Origin: Escherichia phage JSE
Strand: one strand, 5' to 3'
DNA: 64,000 bases
Sequence record: EU863408
Both the position numbers and the translations under genes were made by a program. This document shows positions 1 through 9,062 of the stretch, piece after piece. Positions within the stretch are counted from its first letter, which is position 1, and each line of letters opens with the position of its first letter. Under the pieces are notes generated by a model. It was given only the letters and a program-made list of their open reading frames with translations. It was not told the DNA's origin and ran no database searches.

Positions 1-19
1 GCCGGAAGCACAGGAAAAA

Positions 20-364
20 TTGGACATGTTGGCTATGTTTGAGTCAGAAGAACTATTGAAAATCGTTGAAGGTATCTCCGAGGATGAGCCGGAACTGGCG
101 GTAGCAATGCTGTCTATCATCGACGGAATTACTGTAAATGAAGCAATGGTTAAACATGTAAACGCACGCGGGGAAGTTGAACGTAAGAAAGATCGCAAAA
201 CCCGTGAGCGTAATGCTTACATGACTACTGGCCTAAGCAAAGCTAAACGCCGTCAAATTGCCCGTCGTGCTGCAAAAACCAAACGTGCAAATCCATCTAT
301 CGAACGTCATGCGGAACGTAAGCGCAAAAAAGCAATGCGTAAACGTAAGGCGTTAGGATTATAA
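20..364 (+). CDS. 68: prohead core protein (T4 gp68-like); may be 5'-truncated by the window edge
   Basis: Sits directly upstream of the gp21 homolog as in T4 order 67-68-21-22-23; frame is open back to position 2; very basic C-terminus. Confidence 0.5.
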   Translation: MDMLAMFESEELLKIVEGISEDEPELAVAMLSIIDGITVNEAMVKHVNARGEVERKKDRKTRERNAYMTTGLSKAKRRQIARRAAKTKRANPSIERHAERKRKKAMRKRKALGL

Positions 365-375
365 CAGGAAACAAC

Positions 376-1071
376 ATGGAAAAGAACGAATTACTGATCG
401 AACAATGGGGCGTTCCTTGTGCTCGCGGTAGTTCGTCATTGCTTGAATCATTTGATGATAAGGCTACAGGAAATCTCTATATTCAAGGGATTTTCCTGCA
501 AGCCGAAACGGTAAACCGTAATAAACGCTGGTATCCTCGCAGTGTTCTAGAAAATGCGGTTACTAAATACATACATGAACAAGTTGAGACACATCAAGCT
601 CTAGGCGAACTTAATCACCCAGCAAGAGCAATGCCAGATCCATCTAATGCTTGCATCATAATTGAAAAATTGTGGTGGGAAGGTAATAACGTGATGGGTA
701 AAGCCCGTGTTATTGAAGGGGATAAAGGCGCAGGTGATAAACTTGCTGCACTGATTCGCGCTGGCTGGATTCCTGGCGTTTCCTCCCGTGGATTGGGTCG
801 GTTGAAAGACTCTGGTCGCGGATACAATATTGTACAGGAAGGTTTTGTGTTGACGGTTGGTGTTGATGTTGTTTGGGGTCCGAGCGCACCGGATGCGTGG
901 GTAACTCCTGTGGTTGAGTCAACGGATAGCGATTCTAGCGCGTCAGACGCACCAGAAAGCGATAAAACCGAAAAAGTGACTAACCCTACAGCCTCACAAC
1001 AAAACATCGTAGAATCGAATAATAGCGCGTTTATGGCGCTCGCAGAAGCGTTATCTAAACGCTATAAATAA
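376..1071 (+). CDS. 21: prohead core scaffold protein and protease gp21
   Basis: 231 aa; N-terminal LLIEQWG and QAE.VNRNKR.YP segments match my recollection of T4 gp21; synteny before 22-23. Confidence 0.9.
   Translation: MEKNELLIEQWGVPCARGSSSLLESFDDKATGNLYIQGIFLQAETVNRNKRWYPRSVLENAVTKYIHEQVETHQALGELNHPARAMPDPSNACIIIEKLWWEGNNVMGKARVIEGDKGAGDKLAALIRAGWIPGVSSRGLGRLKDSGRGYNIVQEGFVLTVGVDVVWGPSAPDAWVTPVVESTDSDSSASDAPESDKTEKVTNPTASQQNIVESNNSAFMALAEALSKRYK
1063..1070 (+). promoter_or_regulatory. T4-type late promoter TATAAATA upstream of gene 22
   Basis: Exact TATAAATA about 33 nt before the gene 22 ATG. Confidence 0.5.
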
Positions 1072-1102
1072 TAACGTCGTTATCAACAAGAAGGTTATAA
1101 CC

Positions 1103-1897
1103 ATGCTTAAAGAAATGCTGCTCGAAGAAGCAAAACAGATCACCGTAGACGTTGCTCTCGATGACCTGTTTGAATCCGTCGAACTGTCGCCGGAAGTAAA
1201 AGAAAATTTTGGTACTATCTACGCTCAGGCGGTAAAAGCTAATGCTGTTGCTCTGGCAGAAAGCCACATTGAAAAAATCGCCGCTAAAGCCGATGAACTG
1301 GTAGAATCAAAGGTCGAAGAAGCACGCACCGAGATTGAAACCAAACTGTACGAAGATGCAGATAAATTCCTGAATCACTTAGGCGCTAAATGGCTGGCAG
1401 AAAATAAAGAAGCCGTTACCCGTAATATTAAAGCGGATCTGTGCGAATCCCTGATTGGTTCTCTGAAAGATGTTTTCGTTACTCACAATGTTGTAGTGCC
1501 GGAAGAATCTGTAGACGTTGTTGCTGAACTTGACGAAGCACTCAAAGAAGAAAAAGAAAAAACCTCCGAACTCTTTGATGCCAAACTGCAACTTGAAAGC
1601 GAAATTCGTGGTATGAAGCGCGAACAAGCGATCAATGAAAGCACTCGTGATCTTTCCGATACTCAGAAAGAAAAAGTAACCGCGCTGATTGAAGGTCTGG
1701 AATATAGCGAAACTTTCGATAAGAAATTAACTGCAATTGTCGAAATGGTGGCTAAGAAAGAAGACAAACCAGCGAAGATTGAAGAATCACTAAATACTGA
1801 TGCCGACAAGCTGAATGTTATTGCAGAAGCTGTCGAAGAATCAGAGAAAAAAGCAACTGTAGATTCCGGCGTATCTCGCTACCTGAATTTCATCTAA
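1103..1897 (+). CDS. 22: prohead scaffold protein gp22
   Basis: 264 aa acidic, alanine/glutamate-rich helical protein; position between 21 and 23. Confidence 0.85.
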   Translation: MLKEMLLEEAKQITVDVALDDLFESVELSPEVKENFGTIYAQAVKANAVALAESHIEKIAAKADELVESKVEEARTEIETKLYEDADKFLNHLGAKWLAENKEAVTRNIKADLCESLIGSLKDVFVTHNVVVPEESVDVVAELDEALKEEKEKTSELFDAKLQLESEIRGMKREQAINESTRDLSDTQKEKVTALIEGLEYSETFDKKLTAIVEMVAKKEDKPAKIEESLNTDADKLNVIAEAVEESEKKATVDSGVSRYLNFI

Positions 1898-1955
1898 TGC
1901 AATTCAAATCTACTAATAAATACTTTAGGTTAACAACAAACAAGGTTTAAAGAAC

Positions 1956-3542
1956 ATGAAAACTACCAAAGAACTGATGGAAAAATGGTCCCCGCTGCTG
2001 GAGAACGAAAAACTGCCGGAAATCGCAACTGCGTCTAAGCAGAAACTGGTTGCTAAAATTCTGGAATCTCAGGAAGCGGACTTTGCTGTAGATCCGATCT
2101 ATAAGGATGAAAAAGTTGTTGAAGCATTCGGTGGCTTTATCGCAGAAGCCGAAGTTGCTGGCGACCACGGTTATAACGCATCTAATATCGCGTCTGGTCA
2201 GACTACTGGTGCAATCACCAACGTAGGTCCGGCTGTTATCGGTATGGTTCGCCGTGCTATTCCTAACCTGATCGCATTTGATATTTGTGGTGTTCAGCCG
2301 ATGAGCACTCCGACTAGCCAGATCTTTGCAATCCGTTCTGTATACGGTGGCGACCCGCTGGCTGAACACGCTAAAGAAGCATTCCATCCGATGTACTCTC
2401 CGAATGCGTTCCATAGCTCTCTGGCTGCTAAAGATGCAACGACTGTTTCTCCTACTGGCACTGCGTTCCAGAAACTAACTCTCAGTACTCCGATTGCCGC
2501 AGGTGATATTGTACACCACACCTTCGCAGAAACTGGCATCGCATATCTGCAAAACGTTACCGCAGAACAAGTAACCCCGACCAAAGCTGACAGCGAGTCA
2601 GATGATGAAGTTGTCATGAAGCTGATGGAAGAAGGTAAACTGGCTGAAATCGCTTTCGGTATGGCTACTTCCATCGCTGAATTGCAGCAAGGGTTTAATG
2701 GTTCTCAGAATAACCCGTGGAACGAAATGTCAATGCGTATTGACAAACAGGTTGTTGAAGCGAAATCTCGCCAACTGAAAGCCCGTTATTCTATCGAAGT
2801 TGCGCAGGATCTGCGTGCTGTTCACGGTATGGATGCTGATGCTGAACTGAATGCTATCCTGGCTAACGAAGTTCTGCTGGAAATCAACCGTGAAATCGTT
2901 GACGTGATCAACTTTACCGCTCAGGTTGGTAAAACTGGTATGACTCAGACCGTTGGTTCTAAAGCTGGTGTATTTGACCTGCAAGACCCGATTGATACTC
3001 GCGGTGCTCGTTGGGCTGGTGAATCCTTCAAGTCTCTGATCTACCAGATCGACAAAGAAGCTGCTGAAATCGCTCGTCAGACTGGTCGCGGTGCTGGTAA
3101 CTTTGTTATCGCTTCCCGTAACGTTGTAAACATTCTGGCTTCTGCTGATCAGGGTATCAGTCTTGCTATGCAGGGTGCTGCACAGGGTCTGAATACCGAC
3201 ACCACTAAAGCTGTTTTCGCTGGTGTTCTGGCTGGTAAGTACAAAGTATTCATCGACCAGTATGCTCGTCAGGACTACTTCACCGTAGGTTACAAAGGCG
3301 ATAACGAAATGGATGCTGGTATCTACTATGCTCCGTATGTTGCTCTGACTCCGCTGCGTGCAACTGATCCGCAGTCTTTCCACCCGGTTCTGGGCTTCAA
3401 GACTCGCTACGGCATCGGCATCAACCCGTTTGCTGACAGCAAATCCCAGGCGCCGTCCGCTCGCATCACCTCCGGTATGTTGAGCAAAGACAGCGTAGGT
3501 AAAAACGCATACTTCCGTCGTGTATGGGTTAAAGGTTGCTAA
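1956..3542 (+). CDS. 23: major capsid protein gp23
   Basis: 528 aa; long stretches match my recollection of T4 gp23 (VRRAIPNLIAFDICGVQPM, GIYYAPYVALTPLR, NAYFRRV). Confidence 0.97.
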   Translation: MKTTKELMEKWSPLLENEKLPEIATASKQKLVAKILESQEADFAVDPIYKDEKVVEAFGGFIAEAEVAGDHGYNASNIASGQTTGAITNVGPAVIGMVRRAIPNLIAFDICGVQPMSTPTSQIFAIRSVYGGDPLAEHAKEAFHPMYSPNAFHSSLAAKDATTVSPTGTAFQKLTLSTPIAAGDIVHHTFAETGIAYLQNVTAEQVTPTKADSESDDEVVMKLMEEGKLAEIAFGMATSIAELQQGFNGSQNNPWNEMSMRIDKQVVEAKSRQLKARYSIEVAQDLRAVHGMDADAELNAILANEVLLEINREIVDVINFTAQVGKTGMTQTVGSKAGVFDLQDPIDTRGARWAGESFKSLIYQIDKEAAEIARQTGRGAGNFVIASRNVVNILASADQGISLAMQGAAQGLNTDTTKAVFAGVLAGKYKVFIDQYARQDYFTVGYKGDNEMDAGIYYAPYVALTPLRATDPQSFHPVLGFKTRYGIGINPFADSKSQAPSARITSGMLSKDSVGKNAYFRRVWVKGC

Positions 3543-3626
3543 TATAAGCCATTCCTGAAAACTCCGGTCGGGTGCAATACCCGACTTATCATAAACCTTA
3601 TGACAGTGTAAAGTGTTAATTCCAAA

Positions 3627-3655
3627 GGGAAGACTCGAAAGGGTCTTCCCTTTTT
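3627..3655 (+). terminator. rho-independent terminator after gene 23
   Basis: GGGAAGAC-loop-GTCTTCCC followed by TTTTT. Confidence 0.7.
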
Positions 3656-3758
3656 GCGTATTATAACCCGTCATAAATAAGGTTGCAAGCCTATACTCTA
3701 TTGGGAGCTAAAATAGATATACACAACAAACAATTCCACCAATTTTCGTAGTAACTGC

Positions 3759-3932
3759 ATGGCAAAGGGACCAATGAATGAAATGAGCGTTCATGTTGAT
3801 ATTGGGTCGGATAGATTTGGTAGATATACAGATCTGGTGTATGCCGACCTTGTTATGACATTCCAGCGTGACGCTAGCGGTAATTTTGGTTTTGGTACGC
3901 TGTTCCCTGAATTAACCCCAAATTCTCCATAA
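3759..3932 (+). CDS. hypothetical small protein (57 aa)
   Basis: Short ORF between 23 and 24 where T4 carries segD; weak ribosome-binding site. Confidence 0.2.
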   Translation: MAKGPMNEMSVHVDIGSDRFGRYTDLVYADLVMTFQRDASGNFGFGTLFPELTPNSP

Positions 3933-3943
3933 GGAGGAAATGC

Positions 3944-4096
3944 ATGAGTAAGAAAGAAAACAGCTATGTTATGACTCGTAAGGAATACAACGAATTGATG
4001 TTAGCATTAGCTTATGCAATTATTCGTTCTGATCATGCAATTAATCTGGTAAACAAAGTTAACCGTAGCGTTGATAATGTTTCTAGGAAGAAGTAA
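3944..4096 (+). CDS. hypothetical small protein (50 aa)
   Basis: ATG 6 nt downstream of a GGAGG Shine-Dalgarno at 3933-3937; followed by hairpin plus T-run at 4106-4133; not in ORF track (under 60 aa). Confidence 0.4.
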   Translation: MSKKENSYVMTRKEYNELMLALAYAIIRSDHAINLVNKVNRSVDNVSRKK

Positions 4097-4105
4097 GTTT
4101 ATTTT

Positions 4106-4133
4106 GGAATCCTTCGGATTCCTTTTTCTTTTT
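4106..4133 (+). terminator. hairpin terminator before gene 24
   Basis: GGAATCC-TTC-GGATTCC followed by T-run. Confidence 0.5.
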
Positions 4134-4134
4134 G

Positions 4135-4142
4135 TATAAATA
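4135..4142 (+). promoter_or_regulatory. T4-type late promoter TATAAATA upstream of gene 24
   Basis: Exact TATAAATA 38 nt before ATG 4180. Confidence 0.55.
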
Positions 4143-4179
4143 TGATATATCCATTAAGGCAAATACAGGATTCATAAAC

Positions 4180-5421
4180 ATGACTCATATTTTTACTGAA
4201 CTGTTGCGGGAATCTACTTCCTCAGTAGCTAACCAGACAGCGCGACCGCAACTATTATCATTAACTCGCGCGGTAAACAACCTGATTTTCTCTGATCTGG
4301 TAGCAATCCAGCCAACGGATCAACCAGTATCTGCATTGTACGGCCTACGTTATCTTAATCGTGATGGTCAGATGACTTTCCGAACTGCTACAACCTACGG
4401 TGGCGCGGCTGGTGATCGCACAGAGATTGAAGAGTTTTCAAAAGAAAAATCTTATGACGAAGGCGCACTGTTCAAATCAGACAATGTTGTATACGAAGTT
4501 GTGACCGCTGGTACAGTCGGTGCAGATGCCGAAACTCCAGAAGCTGCAATCTTTAAAGGCATAATGACAAACAAAATTCGTTTCTATAGCGATTGTGCAT
4601 CGGTAGAATACTTTGAAGATAAAAACACCGAAATTTCGTCTACCTCTATGCAGTTTGATAAATGGCAGGTTAATGTAGGTTCTCGTAAACTGAAAACCTC
4701 ATTCACGACCGAATTGATGCAGGATCTTGAGGCAAGCCAAATCAACTCTGAAAACTCTGTAATTGATCTTCTGGCTACGATCGCTTCAGAAGAGATCAAC
4801 AAAGATATTATTCAGAAGTTGATCACTGTATCATCTCGCTATAAAATTAAAGGGATCACCCCTGACGGCGTACTTTCTCTCGTTAGCGTTCAGGATGCAC
4901 CAGCACAAGCGCGTGAACTTTACCGCTATGCTTGCGAAATGAGCAATCAAATGTTGCGGACTTCCTCCTTTTCTGGTACATACGTTTTGGCGTCTTCTCG
5001 CGTGGTTGGCCTCCTACAATCTACCGGATGGATGGAAGAAACCGACAATGCTCTAAGCGAAGGTCGTCTACGTTGCGGTCTGGAAGTGTACGCAGACACG
5101 ACAGCACCTTTCGATTATATGCTCGTTGGTTGTAAGCACATGATCGGTGATATGGAGAGTGTAGGTTCTCTGTTCTACTCCCCATATACAGAAGCCGACG
5201 GCGCTGGCGCGTATAAGAGTGTAATTGACCCTAATAGCTTCCAGCATCATGTAGCTATTATGAATCGTTATTCACTCTCTGTCAACCCATATACATCAAA
5301 AGTTGATCAGGAAGAACACCAGGTCATCAAGGGTGACGATTGGGGTAAAATGGCTGGACGTTCAGAAATGTCCTACATTTTAGGAATCGAACTGCCACCG
5401 CTTGAGATTGACAACGCTTAA
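4180..5421 (+). CDS. 24: head vertex protein gp24
   Basis: ELLRESTSS start and overall similarity to T4 gp24 and to gp23; TATAAATA at 4135-4142 lies inside the longer track ORF, so start placed at ATG 4180. Confidence 0.9.
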   Translation: MTHIFTELLRESTSSVANQTARPQLLSLTRAVNNLIFSDLVAIQPTDQPVSALYGLRYLNRDGQMTFRTATTYGGAAGDRTEIEEFSKEKSYDEGALFKSDNVVYEVVTAGTVGADAETPEAAIFKGIMTNKIRFYSDCASVEYFEDKNTEISSTSMQFDKWQVNVGSRKLKTSFTTELMQDLEASQINSENSVIDLLATIASEEINKDIIQKLITVSSRYKIKGITPDGVLSLVSVQDAPAQARELYRYACEMSNQMLRTSSFSGTYVLASSRVVGLLQSTGWMEETDNALSEGRLRCGLEVYADTTAPFDYMLVGCKHMIGDMESVGSLFYSPYTEADGAGAYKSVIDPNSFQHHVAIMNRYSLSVNPYTSKVDQEEHQVIKGDDWGKMAGRSEMSYILGIELPPLEIDNA

Positions 5422-6009
5422 CTAAATATCTAACCAAGACAAGTCAGATCCGCCCAAGATTTTTTCGACGGCGGATCTATTTTCTTGATGATATAAGTTA
5501 AAACATGGTATCCCATGTCTACGGGCAACATAAACAGCAATTCTAGTTCCTCCCGAAACGATTCCATTAACTTCTTTCGCCCAGAATATCACACAATCTA
5601 CAGGATCATCAAGTGTCTCACCTAAGACTTGAGCAACATTTCTAGAAAACAGATTTTGCATGTATAACGGTATAGAACGAGGATTATCATAAACGTGTTC
5701 TAATTCATCCATCGCCAGATTTTTTTGTTCTAAGGTTTGCCATGCAATAACATCATGACCGTTATGCTTGTGGTCATAAAACTTCCAATTTGGAATGAAA
5801 ATTTTTCTATAATCTGGATCGTAATACTTCATGAAAGCATTGTCCATACCGTAAGCCCCTCCAGAATGCGCTACAACGCGATTTTCTGACAATACCCTCC
5901 CAATGGTACTAGCCATTATCAAAATGTCGCTAGGCGCTTTTCTAGAGCCTATTAAAGCACATCTACGAAGTGGTTTTACTCCAAATAGATCTTGTAACTG
6001 GTCAAACAT
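5422..6009 (-). CDS. SLOG-fold (DprA/Smf-like Rossmann) domain protein
   Basis: 195 aa; LIGSRKAPSD and VVAHSGGAYGMDNAF resemble the DprA/SLOG nucleotide-binding core; occupies the variable slot after gene 24 where T4 has rnlB. Confidence 0.45.
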   Translation of the reverse strand: MFDQLQDLFGVKPLRRCALIGSRKAPSDILIMASTIGRVLSENRVVAHSGGAYGMDNAFMKYYDPDYRKIFIPNWKFYDHKHNGHDVIAWQTLEQKNLAMDELEHVYDNPRSIPLYMQNLFSRNVAQVLGETLDDPVDCVIFWAKEVNGIVSGGTRIAVYVARRHGIPCFNLYHQENRSAVEKILGGSDLSWLDI

Positions 6010-6161
6010 AATATTTCCTCCATAGAAAGCAATATCATACTACAAGTTAATAACAAATACAAGTATCCGCGTAGCGGAAGCGAGCACAGCGAGCAATAAA
6101 ACACTTCCAGTAATTGATTAATAAATGTTCGAAACAAATTTTTATTATTCTATAAGATAAG

Positions 6162-6340
6162 TCTTCGTTTTGATCATAATTTAATCACACATGTAAAAAC
6201 TACACAAAAGGATATCGCTTCGCGAACTCCTACGGAGTATAACATTTGTGTTACAATATGTAGTGATTAATAATTAACCAAAGATACATTTTCTATGTTC
6301 TAAAGATCTTTCTTCGTTTTGATCATAATTTAATCAAACA
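6162..6340. repeat. direct repeat of a 26 bp unit TCTTCGTTTTGATCATAATTTAATCA (6162-6187 and 6312-6337)
   Basis: Two exact copies about 150 bp apart in a roughly 400 bp AT-rich non-coding region; related sequence in inverted orientation at 56395-56500. Confidence 0.6.
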
Positions 6341-6390
6341 GTATTAATATTGTGCACATGTAAACTAAAATTATGTTAATAACAGATAAC

Positions 6391-6418
6391 AAAAAACGCC
6401 GACCCGAAGGACGGCTAA
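6391..6418 (-). terminator. rho-independent terminator
   Basis: GCCGTCC-TTCG-GGTCGGC hairpin then T-run on minus strand. Confidence 0.55.
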
Positions 6419-6424
6419 TGTTAA

Positions 6425-6862
6425 TTATTTGTTGATAACGATCTGATTTCGGCGAATGGTAACATTACTCTTAGAGATGATCAGATCATCCGGCACTACG
6501 TTAGTTTTGTATGGCTGGAAGCGAACAAGCATCTGATTGCGTTTAGACCCTTCCTTAATCTTGATTTCCATCTGGATATTGTTGCCTACGTGAGCAACCG
6601 CAATTTCACCTTTATTCTCATAGACCCACTTGCTGGTAACGTCTCCTGCAAAAGCCTTAATAACTTGCAATGCTTCGTCGTATGCGGTAGAGCTGTGAAC
6701 TTTCAGAAGGCCAGCCGTAGCAAGACGGGAGCAGGTGATCGCCGGAGATTGCCAAACATCAACATTAATTTGCTCAATCAGAGTAACACCGCCCTGATCA
6801 ACTGCTTTGAATGCTTCGAACATTGCCTTTTTCATTGCTACGTGGTTTTTACGGAATTTCAT
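6425..6862 (-). CDS. hypothetical protein
   Basis: 145 aa ORF followed by hairpin terminator at 6391-6418. Confidence 0.6.
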   Translation of the reverse strand: MKFRKNHVAMKKAMFEAFKAVDQGGVTLIEQINVDVWQSPAITCSRLATAGLLKVHSSTAYDEALQVIKAFAGDVTSKWVYENKGEIAVAHVGNNIQMEIKIKEGSKRNQMLVRFQPYKTNVVPDDLIISKSNVTIRRNQIVINK

Positions 6863-6908
6863 AATTAGTCACCTCTATTGATTAGTTATTCAGAATATTA
6901 ATTACAAA

Positions 6909-7184
6909 TCAGGACATTGCCCGTTTGAATGCGTCCATTATAACAGTGTTATTTGGCTTGTCAACACGTTTTTGAACTTTATTTTTAAATTTTTTGTTGA
7001 TGTGGTGTTTACGATAAACAACCTTTTCACGGCTGGCGTAAGCCTCGCGTGCATCTTTTACCATCAACCATGCCTTAGCCGCATCTTGTCCGCTGATCCC
7101 GCCAATCTTCTTAGCAATATCAACAAAATTAAGACCGTGGTCTTCGCGTAGCATGTAAACCATTAACGCTGTTTTCTTGTCCAT
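6909..7184 (-). CDS. hypothetical protein, possible helix-turn-helix
   Basis: Start placed at internal ATG that overlaps the upstream stop (ATGA coupling at 7182-7186); track ORF extends to 7292. Confidence 0.45.
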   Translation of the reverse strand: MDKKTALMVYMLREDHGLNFVDIAKKIGGISGQDAAKAWLMVKDAREAYASREKVVYRKHHINKKFKNKVQKRVDKPNNTVIMDAFKRAMS

Positions 7185-7381
7185 CACTTCGCCCCATTGA
7201 CGATTAACAGGATAGTGATCAGTACCGGAAACTGGATCATGACAGTACCAATAAACCGGATAAACGCATTTTCTGACTTCCACACATGACATGCGACTAG
7301 CTGATAGACCATTGTTGCAACCAAAGCCAGAAAATACATCTCGATTGGTGCTTCTTTGATCAATCGTACAATCTCATTCAT
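7184..7381 (-). CDS. small hydrophobic membrane protein
   Basis: 65 aa with predicted transmembrane segments; sigma70-like promoter at 7509-7536 upstream. Confidence 0.45.
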   Translation of the reverse strand: MNEIVRLIKEAPIEMYFLALVATMVYQLVACHVWKSENAFIRFIGTVMIQFPVLITILLIVNGAK

Positions 7382-7508
7382 ACTTCACCTCATACATTCA
7401 TAAACACAACAACGAATAATACAGTAACAGTTATCAACGCCATTTTCAACCCCATATTCATAATATTTTCTTCGCCTCACTATGGACAGTAGCATGTCGA
7501 TGCGTGCC

Positions 7509-7536
7509 ATTATAGGCATCTAAATCGCTCTGTCAA
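7509..7536 (-). promoter_or_regulatory. sigma70-like early promoter (TTGACA-N16-TATAAT)
   Basis: Minus strand reads TTGACA, 16 nt, TATAAT upstream of the 7184..7381 gene block. Confidence 0.5.
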
Positions 7537-7540
7537 GCAC

Positions 7541-7571
7541 AAAAACAAAAAAGCCACCCCGAAGGATGGCT
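7541..7571 (-). terminator. rho-independent terminator after hoc
   Basis: AGCCATCC-TTCG-GGGTGGCT hairpin then T-run on minus strand. Confidence 0.6.
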
Positions 7572-7582
7572 GATAGATTTCA

Positions 7583-8797
7583 TTAAGCAGGATGCGTTTC
7601 ACGAATGCGTAGAACTCGCTCTAACGTATCTCGGTCCAGTTTATGTAAATCTTTGGAATGATACATGAAACCATTGCGAGATTCCATGCAAGTGCAATCA
7701 CTATATTGTTCTTCCGCTGCCGCGATTGTCTCCAGATCTTTGGCGTACTTGCTGGTTGAATAAACTTCTCGATCACGCCACTCTAACCCAGCCTCATTGA
7801 ATTTAACAATCTCGTCAAATACCCACCATCCAATGTAGATAAATGAAGTTTTGCGCCACGGGATCGGGTGTACGTAACGAAACATTTTAACAACTTCCAT
7901 TGAACATTTTCGGCTTGTACTTGCTGCAACTTCTACTGTTTCATCTTCGATCTGTTGATATAGTTTAGCAACACACCAGAATTTGGCTGTGTCATCGTAA
8001 GTAGCACTCTCTTTGAACAGATGACCGTCTGGCATGATAGAAAATCCTTCCAGTGCTTCGCCGTCCTCACTACCGATTAGAGTCGGTGACAGTTGCCCTT
8101 CGCGCTGCAAATACCAGTTATGTTTGATCGTCAATTCAGGCATACCGCTAGAATCGCCTACAATGTCCTCTGACACAACATAATTAAGTAAGATCTCATT
8201 ACCTAGTGCCACGGTCTTTGATTCCACCACATCCTGTTCTACGTTCATTGTTGCCAGCATGATTTTAGTCGATGCGCTATCGGCTGAATTTTCCGACTCA
8301 CCCCACACTTTTACAGTATACACGCCGTTTTTATCTGCTGTAAATTTTTTGATTGTAGTATTCTGTTTTGTGTCTATAACTTCTTCGCCCTTACTCCAAC
8401 TATAATGTAGTTCATAGTTGTCTGCTGGAGTCTTCCCACCCGAAAAATTTACTGTTGCATGTAATTCTACGTCTTTTTGTGATGATACGTAGAAATGCGG
8501 CGGTTCGGTGATATTTACGATTAATTCCGCTTCTTCCATGAGGAAAACTTCAGATTCTACTGATTCCATCGTATCAGTATCTTGTACCTTGACTTTATAG
8601 CTACCCGCATTTTCACTTGTTGCGCCTTCTACAGTTAGCGTAGCTGTGTTATTTTCATGCTGTTGGTCGTCTTTTGTCCATGTATATGTCAAATTGCTTG
8701 GTAATGGTTCGTCACCCGCTAAAGTCGCCGTTAAGGTGAAACCATCTCCAGCAAGAAAACATCTTTTGTTAGATTGTATTGATACTGTGAAAGCCAT
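7583..8797 (-). CDS. hoc: outer capsid decoration protein Hoc (Ig-like domains)
   Basis: 404 aa; repeated Ig-like segments; C-terminal YVHPIPWRK...GWWVFDEI...ESRNG matches the T4 Hoc capsid-binding domain as I recall it. Confidence 0.85.
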   Translation of the reverse strand: MAFTVSIQSNKRCFLAGDGFTLTATLAGDEPLPSNLTYTWTKDDQQHENNTATLTVEGATSENAGSYKVKVQDTDTMESVESEVFLMEEAELIVNITEPPHFYVSSQKDVELHATVNFSGGKTPADNYELHYSWSKGEEVIDTKQNTTIKKFTADKNGVYTVKVWGESENSADSASTKIMLATMNVEQDVVESKTVALGNEILLNYVVSEDIVGDSSGMPELTIKHNWYLQREGQLSPTLIGSEDGEALEGFSIMPDGHLFKESATYDDTAKFWCVAKLYQQIEDETVEVAASTSRKCSMEVVKMFRYVHPIPWRKTSFIYIGWWVFDEIVKFNEAGLEWRDREVYSTSKYAKDLETIAAAEEQYSDCTCMESRNGFMYHSKDLHKLDRDTLERVLRIRETHPA

Positions 8798-8966
8798 ATA
8801 AAGCCACTCCCATAGAAAATCCGAATTTAATTAATTGAAATAGTTGATTGCCATCAACCAGATAACCATTGCGATATTCCAATACATGAGTATTAGAATA
8901 GTGATGCAACGAGGCCGAAATAGTCTCGATCTCGTCTGGGTATTTGTTCTGTTTGATGTAATACAT
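8769..8966 (-). CDS. hypothetical small protein
   Basis: 65 aa ORF overlapping the hoc start by 29 nt. Confidence 0.3.
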   Translation of the reverse strand: MYYIKQNKYPDEIETISASLHHYSNTHVLEYRNGYLVDGNQLFQLIKFGFSMGVALYGFHSINTI

Positions 8967-9062
8967 TGATTTTGTTAGGCATGTAGTATCCTCTTTTTAA
9001 TTGCATAACGGAACTACAATTAAAATTATAACAAATATTTCACAACTTTTATCACCCAAAAA

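Noticed and set aside
615-1007. Antisense ORFs in the six-frame track (for example 615..1007, 2730..3674, 9274..9696, 21591..22016, 22443..23045, 47755..48357, 53480..53977)
   Set aside because: They lie entirely inside well-supported genes on the opposite strand (gp21, gp23, inh-like, alt, gp32, gp34) and have no start signals of their own, so they are shadow ORFs
1900-1955. Late promoter upstream of gene 23
   Set aside because: Only TAATAAATA is present, not the exact TATAAATA; gene 23 may be read through from the gene 22 late promoter or use a variant, so no feature is called
6010-6424. tRNA or small RNA gene in the 400 bp AT-rich non-coding gap
   Set aside because: No cloverleaf-compatible acceptor/anticodon stems or CCA-proximal features seen; only short hairpins and direct repeats; left as a repeat-containing regulatory region
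7395-7466. 23-codon hydrophobic mini-ORF between the promoter at 7509-7536 and the gene starting at 7381
   Set aside because: Too short, weak Shine-Dalgarno site; probably leader sequence
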